Positions 1 to 6,689 of a stretch of 19,326 nt of DNA are shown piece after piece. The position numbers and the translations under genes were made by a program. The stretch is taken from the NCBI GenBank assembly GCA_031367385.1, contig JANLPS010000540.1, forward strand, positions 1 through 19,326, written 5' to 3'. This stretch comes from Archangium sp. (lineage in GTDB: Bacteria; Myxococcota; Myxococcia; Myxococcales; Myxococcaceae). The notes beneath the pieces are model-generated. The model did no database searches. It saw only the letters and a list, made by a program, of their open reading frames with translations, and was not told where the DNA came from. The stretch's first letter is position 1. Each line of letters opens with the position of its first letter.

Positions 1-90
1 CGACGACCTGAGCGGAGCTACCCTCGTGTCGTCAAAATCAAAATGAGCGCGTACGACAAAAAGTGGGTCAAACGCCCGCCCCGTAACTGA
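1..90 (+). CDS. 3' end of IS4-family transposase (partial, not in ORF track)
   Basis: Frame 1 reads RRPERSYPRVVKIKMSAYDKKWVKRPPRN*. This resembles the R-x-YPR-x-VK C-terminal tail of IS4-subgroup transposases, and the stop codon lies inside the putative terminal inverted repeat. Confidence 0.8.
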   Translation, partial: RRPERSYPRVVKIKMSAYDKKWVKRPPRN

Positions 91-99
91 CCGGCATTG
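1..99 (+). mobile_element. Right end of IS4-family insertion sequence; terminal inverted repeat 82-99
   Basis: 82-99 CGTAACTGACCGGCATTG (reverse complement CAATGCCGGTCAGTTACG) closely resembles the E. coli IS4 terminal IR as I recall it (TAATGCCGATCAGTTAAG). It directly follows the transposase tail. Confidence 0.8.
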
Positions 100-102
100 T
101 CA

Positions 103-849
103 CTAGCGCGCGCACGCCGCCTTGATCTCGGGCGTGAGCAGAAATTGCTTGAGCAGGTTGCGCCAGACGGGCCAGTCGTGGCCTCCGGGCGCGTGAAAGA
201 CGTGATCAGGCGGCAGCGCCGCAGCGAGCAGAGAATCTGGCTTGCCCAGGCCGTCGGCGTCTCCCCACCCGACGTAGACCGAGGGCGCCTTCTCTTCGTC
301 GCCGGTGACGACCCGGTGCAGGTAGCTCCAGAGCTGGCGTTGGTAATTGTCTTCGGTGAGCGGCACCGCCTTGGCGTCGGGCACCCACTTCACGAGGCCT
401 CCGGCCGCGGAGACTTCTTGGGCGATGTCCTTGTCACCCAGGTATGGCGCGATGGCGAGAATGCCGTTGACGTGATCGGGGTACTGCATCGCGTAATTGA
501 AGGTGCCGAACCCGCCCATCGAAGTGCCGATGAGCCAGATGTGCTGCTGCCCCAGGCGTGCCGGAGCGGCCACGTCGACCTCGATGCGCTCGGCGGCGAT
601 GCCCTTGAAGTAGTAGCCCATGGTCGCGTCAGCGGCGACGAGGTCGACCGACCAGCCGGTGCCCTGAAGCTGGTCGACGAACCCCTGCTCGCGAAAGGTG
701 GCCGCGTGGTCGCCGGCGCCGGGCAGCAAGATGAACAGGCACTTCGCGGGCGTGTTGGGCTGCTGGGCTTCGACGATCTTCGCCATGGGGATGGGGGCGG
801 GGAGAAATCGGCAGCTGCAGAGCAACACCACGAAGAGCATGCGAGCCAT
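103..849 (-). CDS. Alpha/beta-hydrolase (esterase family), probable lipoprotein
   Basis: Nucleophile elbow GTSMGG, LLPG oxyanion-type motif, acidic WGDADG and GGHDW catalytic His. N-terminus MARMLFVVLLCSC looks like a lipoprotein signal. ATG 849 (or 840) preferred over 885. Confidence 0.85.
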   Translation of the reverse strand: MARMLFVVLLCSCRFLPAPIPMAKIVEAQQPNTPAKCLFILLPGAGDHAATFREQGFVDQLQGTGWSVDLVAADATMGYYFKGIAAERIEVDVAAPARLGQQHIWLIGTSMGGFGTFNYAMQYPDHVNGILAIAPYLGDKDIAQEVSAAGGLVKWVPDAKAVPLTEDNYQRQLWSYLHRVVTGDEEKAPSVYVGWGDADGLGKPDSLLAAALPPDHVFHAPGGHDWPVWRNLLKQFLLTPEIKAACAR

Positions 850-938
850 GAGCGGCACTAAGCACGTTTGCTCGGGGCGACCCAAGGGGCAAAGTTCGCT
901 TTGCCTCCGCGGGTCGGCGGCGTTACGACCCGGCCCCC

Positions 939-1466
939 ATGATTACAGCACTCGTTGTGTCACTCATTCTCCAAGGAGCCCCCATGTCGGCGTTCGACTT
1001 TCACGTGAAGAGCATCGATGGCAAAGACGTCGCCCTCTCGCAGTACAAGGGCAAGGCGGTCTTGATCGTCAACACGGCCTCGCAGTGTGGCTACACCCCG
1101 CAATACAAGGGCCTCGAAGAACTCTACCAAGCGTACAAAGCGAAGGGCTTCGAGATTCTCGCCTTCCCCGCGAATGACTTCGGCGCGCAGGAGCCCGGCT
1201 CGAACGATGAGATCAAGAAGTTCTGCGAGCTCAAGTACAAGACCACGTTTCCCCTCTTCGCGAAGATTGCGGTCAAGGGCGACGCGGCTGACCCGCTCTA
1301 CAAGTTTCTCACCGGCCAGAAAGAGAACGGCGGCGAAGTGTCGTGGAACTTCAACAAGTTCTTGATCGCCCCTGACGGCAAGGTGGTCGCGCACTTGTCA
1401 TCGAAGGTCGAGCCCACCAGCGATGAGCTCAAGAAGCAGATCGACGCGGTTTTGCCCAAGAAGTAA
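939..1466 (+). CDS. Cys-type glutathione peroxidase-family peroxidase
   Basis: Motifs NTASQCGYTPQY, AFPANDFGAQEPG and WNFNKFLI; second Cys in KKFCEL. Alternative start ATG 984 is preceded by AAGGAG. Confidence 0.95.
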   Translation: MITALVVSLILQGAPMSAFDFHVKSIDGKDVALSQYKGKAVLIVNTASQCGYTPQYKGLEELYQAYKAKGFEILAFPANDFGAQEPGSNDEIKKFCELKYKTTFPLFAKIAVKGDAADPLYKFLTGQKENGGEVSWNFNKFLIAPDGKVVAHLSSKVEPTSDELKKQIDAVLPKK

Positions 1467-1472
1467 GAACGC

Positions 1473-2400
1473 TTACTGAGCGACCAGCTCGACCCGTCGG
1501 TTCTTGGCGCGCCCTGATTCGGTGGCGTTCGAGGCGACGGGTACGAGCTGGGCGACGCCCCGTGGTGCGAGTTGCTTGGGGTCGACCTTGAAGTCGTGGG
1601 TCAACGCGGCGACGACGGCCTGGGCCCGCTTGAGCGAGAGGGCGAGGTTGTCGTCGAGGGTGCCCACGTTGTCGGTGTGCCCCACGATGAAGACCTTGGG
1701 GTGCTCGGCCGCGCTCAACACCTTCGCCATCTCGGTCAGCTGTGGCTTGGAGTCAGGCTTCAGCTCGGCCTTGCCGCTCTCGAAGTACAGCCCATAGAGG
1801 GCGATCTTGCCTTCGCTCGCGGCTGTCGACCACCACCTTGCCGGTCTCGAGCTGGGTTGGCTGCGCGACGATGACCACGACCGCCGCCGCGTCCCAGATC
1901 GAGCTGGGCTCGGCGACGTACACGACGACCCGGGTGTCTTGGTGCTTGGCGCTGACGAAGCGAATGTCGCGAGAGACAGCGGCATACGCGTTCGGCTGGA
2001 GCTCGCCCCATTTTCGGGAGTGGACACTTTCATTCGCGTATTGCTCCTTGATCAACTCTTTGTCGCAGGTCTGCATCTCGCAGCGATACAGGGTCGTGAA
2101 GCCCGCTTTGCTCAGGGCGAGTTGGTAGTTGCGAAACACCTCGAGCGCGGTCTTGCCTCTGGGTGCGATGTACAAATAGGCGTCGATTTGGCCTTCAACC
2201 GTCGATGATGTATCGAATTCGAGCACGCCGTTCTTGCCGAACCGGCCTGGGCTCTCGGGCACTCGCAGCGAGGCGTAGTGCTCTGAAGACGCACTCACCA
2301 GCACCGACCCCTCGTATCGAGTGAGGAGCGGATTATCGGTCACGCCCGTCAGCTCAGACGGAGCCGAGGCAGCGAGCAGCAGAGGGAGGAGCGAAATCAT
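1473..2400 (-). pseudogene. OmpA-family (peptidoglycan-binding C-terminal domain) exported protein, frameshifted near 1824
   Basis: The N-terminal ORF (signal peptide, DNPLLTRYEGS, LEVFRNYQLAL, ...ETGKVVVD) and the OmpA_C domain (GKIALYGLYFESGKAEL, VGHTDNVG, NRRVELV) are in different frames. The switch is at GTC GAC A GCC GCG AGC GAA GGC AAG. Confidence 0.85.
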
Positions 2401-3449
2401 CGCCGCTCGATAGCGACCATGCGCTTGGCGCGCAATTGCAGGGCCTCAAATAATTGCATGCAGCCCCAGGTCGCGAAGATCAACGCCAGCAGCAACACCG
2501 CGTAGAAAGGCCAATCGGCCTGCTCTTTGAAGAAGCGGGTGAAGACGCCGACGTGACGCTCGAAGAGCAAGAATTCGTGAAAGACGTAGGCCGACATCGA
2601 CGAGGCCGAGAACACCGCGAGCCACTTCACCGGAGGCGATGCGACCTTGAGCTCGACGAGCCGAAACAGCGCGATCAGGGCGACCACCAGCGTCCACCGC
2701 TGGGCGGCGTTGGCGGGGTTGGTGACCCAGAAGGAGTGTGGCGGGTAGGCCCGGTTGAGCGCGTCTTGGTTGGCCCAAAGGGCCGCTCCCAGGCCGGCGA
2801 TCAGCCAGAGCCAGAGCCAGAGCTGACGCTCAGAGGTCATCGCGGCGATGGTCGCGCCAGTCGAGGCTCCGAGAAACACGTAGCCCGCCCAGGGCAGGAG
2901 CGGAAACGTGCTGCCCAGCGCCGGGTCGGGAAAAAAGCCCGGCGAGGGGTTCACCAAGAGACCGAAGAACCCGGTCGCCTGTTCAAAGAGCGGCGAGACC
3001 GCGAAGACCGCCGCGGCCAGCCCCAGCAGCACCCACCGCAGCACCAGGGGCCGCTGTGAGAGCGCCACCAACAGGGGCAAGGCGAGGAGCAGCGAGAGCC
3101 CGATGCAGTGCAGAATGTCGAGACGCAGAAACCAGCTCGGGTGCCCAAAAACAGGAAACCACACGGCGTTCACGAACGACGCGACCGCCAGCACCTCGAG
3201 AATGCGCTTGAGCGACTTGACCGCTTGCGGGCGCCGCTGACCCGCGAGGGCCGCCCGGCACTGCACCAGCGCCAGCGCAAACCCCGCGCAGAAGATGAAG
3301 GCCGGCGCCACCAGGCCATCGATTCGAATCAGCCATCGAAACAGCGGGTCGGTGTGCGTCTCGGGTTTGAGCAGCCCCAGTGAATGGGTCTGAATCATCA
3401 CCAACACGGCCAGCCCGCGCAGCCAGTCGAACGCGCGAACCCGGGTCAT
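2397..3449 (-). CDS. Multi-pass membrane protein, heparan-alpha-glucosaminide N-acetyltransferase-like / DUF1624 (acyltransferase-3 clan)
   Basis: Motifs MTRVRAFDWLRGLAVLVMIQTH, APAFIFCAG, DILHCIG and FPLLPW. Real start is ATG 3449, which overlaps the upstream stop (ATGA); its own stop overlaps the next ATG at 2400. Confidence 0.85.
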   Translation of the reverse strand: MTRVRAFDWLRGLAVLVMIQTHSLGLLKPETHTDPLFRWLIRIDGLVAPAFIFCAGFALALVQCRAALAGQRRPQAVKSLKRILEVLAVASFVNAVWFPVFGHPSWFLRLDILHCIGLSLLLALPLLVALSQRPLVLRWVLLGLAAAVFAVSPLFEQATGFFGLLVNPSPGFFPDPALGSTFPLLPWAGYVFLGASTGATIAAMTSERQLWLWLWLIAGLGAALWANQDALNRAYPPHSFWVTNPANAAQRWTLVVALIALFRLVELKVASPPVKWLAVFSASSMSAYVFHEFLLFERHVGVFTRFFKEQADWPFYAVLLLALIFATWGCMQLFEALQLRAKRMVAIERR

Positions 3450-4183
3450 TGGTAGTGAAAGCAGCCTGACACCACGACGCCGGCATCGGGGCACCCGAAC
3501 TCGTACATGCCTTCGACCGGGTGCTCGCGCGAGACGTTGCCGAAGCGGGTGAAGACGAAGCGACCCGAGCCCGCGCCGGTCTTGCACGCGATGTAGGGCC
3601 CGTCGGTCGAGATGCGCAGGTCGAAGAAGGGCTTGTTGTTGAGGGCCTTGTCGAGGTTGGTGCCCTGGTAGACGGTGCCGACGGTGACTGGCTCGAAGCT
3701 GCTCCAGGCCCAGAGGCCCGTGTCCCAGTCACCTTTCGAGGCGACCGGGGGCAGGTTGGTGGTGCCGTAGGCGGCGTTGGTGAAGCGCTGAATGCCGTAC
3801 TCGCCCGAGGCGCCCGCCGAGGCGCCGCGCATCGAGTAGTTGACGACGCCGAGCTGCCCCGCCAGCCCGTGCACGCTGACGATGTCGGCCTTCGAGCCCA
3901 TACCCCCGGGGAAGCAGTCTTCGTACGGGTCGCCCCAGGCCCACTCGAAGCCTCCGTCGGAGCGCGGCTTGACGATGACGCCGGCGTCGACGGGGCGGGT
4001 GGTGCCCCCATCGTCGGTCGAACCAGGGCCGGTGCTGGCGTCTGCACCCGCATCGAAGCCGCCGTCAGGGGTCACCCCTTGCGTCTTGTCGCAGAGCGCC
4101 CAATGGCAATCGCGCACCGGCTCGAGCCCGCACTGACACGCGCTGATCACCAGAGAGGCCAAGAGCACTGCGGCGACGCGCAT
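3446..4183 (-). CDS. Hypothetical lipoprotein with DGG/DAG linker
   Basis: MRVAAVLLASLVISAC lipobox, Cys-containing N-terminus, PDGGFDAG...DDGG...VDAG linker, strong GC3 bias. Confidence 0.8.
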   Translation of the reverse strand: MRVAAVLLASLVISACQCGLEPVRDCHWALCDKTQGVTPDGGFDAGADASTGPGSTDDGGTTRPVDAGVIVKPRSDGGFEWAWGDPYEDCFPGGMGSKADIVSVHGLAGQLGVVNYSMRGASAGASGEYGIQRFTNAAYGTTNLPPVASKGDWDTGLWAWSSFEPVTVGTVYQGTNLDKALNNKPFFDLRISTDGPYIACKTGAGSGRFVFTRFGNVSREHPVEGMYEFGCPDAGVVVSGCFHYQ

Positions 4184-4222
4184 GTGCTAGCTCCTAGCGC
4201 ATTCGAAGGGGCGATCACCAAC

Positions 4223-4885
4223 GTGCAATCACCGTCATCAAACCCTCCCGATTGGGTCTCGGAGTCGAAGGTCATTGCAGAGGCTCTCTCGTACGCACGC
4301 ACCTTTCGAGACGCCGCGCGCAACCCCTGGAAATTCGCGTCAGAGTGGGCGTCGGGCACCCGACAGACGATGAACCCGCTGACGTTTTTCTCCATCACGG
4401 TGGGCGGTGTGTTCGCGGCCCGGAGTGGGCTCCGATGGTTGCTCAACGACGAGAGCCCTCAAACGATCGCAGACAAGAGCTCGGTGCCGAGCTTCGTGAT
4501 CCCCGTGCTGATGGGGCTGTATCTGCACCGCGCGATGCTTCGAAAGACCGACGCCCGGCTGTCGCTCACCATTGGAGCCATCTTCTTCGCGCTTGGCTCG
4601 TGGGGAGCGGTCGTCAGTGTGCTGCTGATCGGTGCAAGAATCGGCATTTCACCCGCCGAGCTGACCCCTGACCGCGTGCTCGCGGGCGACGGCGCGGGCC
4701 GTTCGTTGCTCTCGATGTCGGTCATCTCTGCGATCGCGCGAAGCGCGGCGGTGGGCGTGTTCGTGGCCGGAGCCCACCAACGCAAAGTGGTGACGGCGAT
4801 CGCCTGGTGCCTTTCGTTCTACCTGCTGCTCGTCGTGATTGGTCTCGGGCTGGTCGCGGCTGGGTCCGCGCTGAAGGCACTCTGA
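4223..4885 (+). CDS. Hypothetical membrane protein (weak DUF3667-like N-terminal motif)
   Basis: GTG 4223 follows GAAGGGG. RTFRDAARNPWKFASEWASGTRQTMNPLTFF is followed by several hydrophobic segments. The ORF portion upstream of this start is antisense to the lipoprotein gene. Confidence 0.65.
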   Translation: MQSPSSNPPDWVSESKVIAEALSYARTFRDAARNPWKFASEWASGTRQTMNPLTFFSITVGGVFAARSGLRWLLNDESPQTIADKSSVPSFVIPVLMGLYLHRAMLRKTDARLSLTIGAIFFALGSWGAVVSVLLIGARIGISPAELTPDRVLAGDGAGRSLLSMSVISAIARSAAVGVFVAGAHQRKVVTAIAWCLSFYLLLVVIGLGLVAAGSALKAL

Positions 4886-4894
4886 CGCTCTGGG

Positions 4895-4958
4895 CTGTCC
4901 CAACGATGCGACAGTTTTTGAACATGCATGTTCAAAAGTCGTCCCAACGTTGCGACAG
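4895..4958. promoter_or_regulatory. Operator array: direct-repeat box, perfect 22-bp palindrome, direct-repeat box
   Basis: GTCCCAACGATGCGACAG (4897-4914) and GTCCCAACGTTGCGACAG (4941-4958) match at 17/18 positions and are 44 bp apart. They flank TTTTGAACATGCATGTTCAAAA (4916-4937). Confidence 0.6.
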
Positions 4959-5112
4959 CCGGGCCACAGGTGCTTCCCGCCAGTCTTCTGAGGCACTTGC
5001 GTCGACGGGTGCGGCCGACCACGCTGTGCGACCCACTTTGTTCGAGCTCTTTGAATCCTTCTCCCGGCTGGCCCCCTCTCCGAGCAGCAAACCCCAACTC
5101 TGGAGCAACTCA

Positions 5113-5334
5113 ATGGTTCACAACCTCGGAAATGCAGACCGTATCGCCCGCGTCGTCACAGCAGTTGCCCTGTTTGTGGCGGCCGTCGCCGCACCCGTGC
5201 CGTTTCTCGCCCAGCTCGCGCTCGCGCTGACGGGCGTCTACATGGTCGGCACGTCGCTCGTCGGTACCTGCCTTGGGTATAAGTTGATCGGCGTGTCGAC
5301 CTGCCCCATCAAGCAGCAGAAGGTGCGGGCGTGA
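5113..5334 (+). CDS. DUF2892 (YgaP-like) small membrane protein
   Basis: MVHNLGNADRIARV...GTCLGYKLIGVSTCPIK is the typical pattern. GGAG RBS at 5102; real start ATG 5113. Confidence 0.9.
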   Translation: MVHNLGNADRIARVVTAVALFVAAVAAPVPFLAQLALALTGVYMVGTSLVGTCLGYKLIGVSTCPIKQQKVRA

Positions 5335-5906
5335 CACCCGACGGTCAGGCCTCGCTCCACCTGGTCGAGCAGTCGATCTCAGGTGACGACGAAGCGCTCC
5401 GAGAGCTGGTCAGGCTCTACCACGACCGCGCCTACCGTTTTGGGCGTCGGGTCTGTCGCGACGGCTTCGACGCCGACGACGCCGTGCAGATGGCGTTCAT
5501 CACCCTGGCCCGGAGGCCCGACGTGCAGAGGTCCTCCGGGGTGCTGCCGTGGTTGTACACGGTGGTGCGCAACGCCTGCACCGCGATGTTGCGCCCCATC
5601 GCCAGTCGGCTCCGCGTGGGCTTGAGCGACAGCCGGCAGGCGCTCGACGTGGCCGACGAGGCGCTCACGCCCGAGGCCGCCCTCGAACGTTTTCAGCTGG
5701 TGTCTCAAGTTCACGACGCCATCGCCACCCTCGATGTCGATGCGCGGGCGGTTCTCGTGTTGCGCGACATCGAGGGGCTCTCAGGAGAGGAGACAGCGAG
5801 GAGACTCCAGGTGCCGCTCGCCGCGATGAAGACCCGCTTGCACCGCGCCCGCCAAGCCGTGCGAGCGCACGTGTTGCAACGCCGCGCACCAGCCGCGATG
5901 GCCTGA
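5331..5906 (+). CDS. ECF RNA polymerase sigma factor
   Basis: Region 2: DADDAVQMAF and WLYTVVRN. Region 4: VLVLRDIEGLSGEETARRL...MKTRLHRAR. GTGA overlap with the DUF2892 stop. Confidence 0.92.
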   Translation: MTPDGQASLHLVEQSISGDDEALRELVRLYHDRAYRFGRRVCRDGFDADDAVQMAFITLARRPDVQRSSGVLPWLYTVVRNACTAMLRPIASRLRVGLSDSRQALDVADEALTPEAALERFQLVSQVHDAIATLDVDARAVLVLRDIEGLSGEETARRLQVPLAAMKTRLHRARQAVRAHVLQRRAPAAMA

Positions 5907-6002
5907 TATTCGCCGGCCTGTCTCCGCGACGGCCACGGGGCATGGCGGAGGTACCAACCGGTCGCAATCGTCCAGCGGGGTGCCGCATGCGCGCTGGTGA
6001 GG

Positions 6003-6437
6003 TCAAAAGCTCGCGAGCACGACGCCTTGCACCGGTGCCGCCGCGATGGGCGTGGTGTGAAATTCGGCCTGCTCTTCGAGCAACTTCGCGCGTTCATCTC
6101 GCTCGTGTGACAGCCCGACCGCGCCGTCGTTGCAGGCCACGATGCCGACGATGATGCCGAGGCCGCCAAACGCCGCGAGCCCCGCCCCGATGAACAGGCC
6201 AATGAATGAGCTGACGCCGAGCACGGGTGCCAACGCGATGCAGACGCCGGCCACCGAGAAGGCGGTGATCGCGGTCACCTTGGCGCCGATTGACCAACTG
6301 TCGGGCATGGCCTGAAGGCGCTGATCAATCTCGAGCAAGCGCGCGCCGTGGTCGACGATGACCGGCGCGTCGGCCAAGCGAACCGCTGACGAAGGCGAAA
6401 TGGTGGCGAGGGCGAAGAGCAGGGTGGTGGCGAACAT
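6003..6437 (-). CDS. Hypothetical exported/membrane protein
   Basis: ATG 6437 has GGAG upstream. Hydrophobic N-terminus, then a hairpin of two Gly-rich hydrophobic helices between charged helical segments. Confidence 0.7.
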   Translation of the reverse strand: MFATTLLFALATISPSSAVRLADAPVIVDHGARLLEIDQRLQAMPDSWSIGAKVTAITAFSVAGVCIALAPVLGVSSFIGLFIGAGLAAFGGLGIIVGIVACNDGAVGLSHERDERAKLLEEQAEFHTTPIAAAPVQGVVLASF

Positions 6438-6624
6438 CAGGTGACTCCGGGGGGGCAAAGTGAGTCGCGCCCTTGAGCAAGACGCGCGCCGAGGCGGGCC
6501 CCTGGGCAGCAGTCAGGCGAACCCAGACCTCGGTGTCATTAGATGTGCGCCTGAGCGCCGTGACAGCCGTGTCAGGCGTCATGAATGCTTACAACTCGTT
6601 GAATTCGCGCCAGTTTACGTGCGC

Positions 6625-6651
6625 TGTCACAAGACTCGAAGCGATCGCGTT
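6625..6651 (+). promoter_or_regulatory. Candidate ECF-sigma promoter TGTCACA-N16-CGTT
   Basis: TGTCACA at 6625-6631 and CGTT at 6648-6651, 38 bp before the VIT-vWA ATG. One base differs from the ECF41-type consensus TGTCACA-N16-CGTC. Confidence 0.5.
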
Positions 6652-6689
6652 GAGGCAGACGAACCCGCTGAACAAAGGAAAAAAACACC

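Noticed and set aside
97..861. Long antisense ORFs (97-861, 6627-7892, 13830-15464, 2983-4053 and similar)
   Set aside because: These are shadow frames of real high-GC genes and carry no motifs.
2803..2824. 6-bp repeat AGCCAG
   Set aside because: It encodes LWLWLW in a TM helix; in-frame and unremarkable.
3521..4222. N-terminal half of the 454-aa ORF 3521-4885
   Set aside because: It is antisense to the lipoprotein gene; only the part from about 4223 looks coding.
4916..4937. LexA box or parS
   Set aside because: The GAAC-N6-GTTC spacing differs from GAAC-N4-GTTC-type LexA boxes, and the sequence does not match parS TGTTTCACGTGAAACA.
4897..4958. Mini-CRISPR array
   Set aside because: There are only two 18-bp repeats, the spacer is itself a palindrome, and no cas genes are present.
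4959..5010. Sigma54 promoter downstream of the tandem boxes
   Set aside because: I found no convincing TGGCAC-N5-TTGC match; the candidates have wrong spacing or lack the -12 GC.
6325..6582. 85-aa minus ORF as a regulator of VIT-vWA
   Set aside because: No HTH pattern, and it overlaps the better-supported start at 6437.
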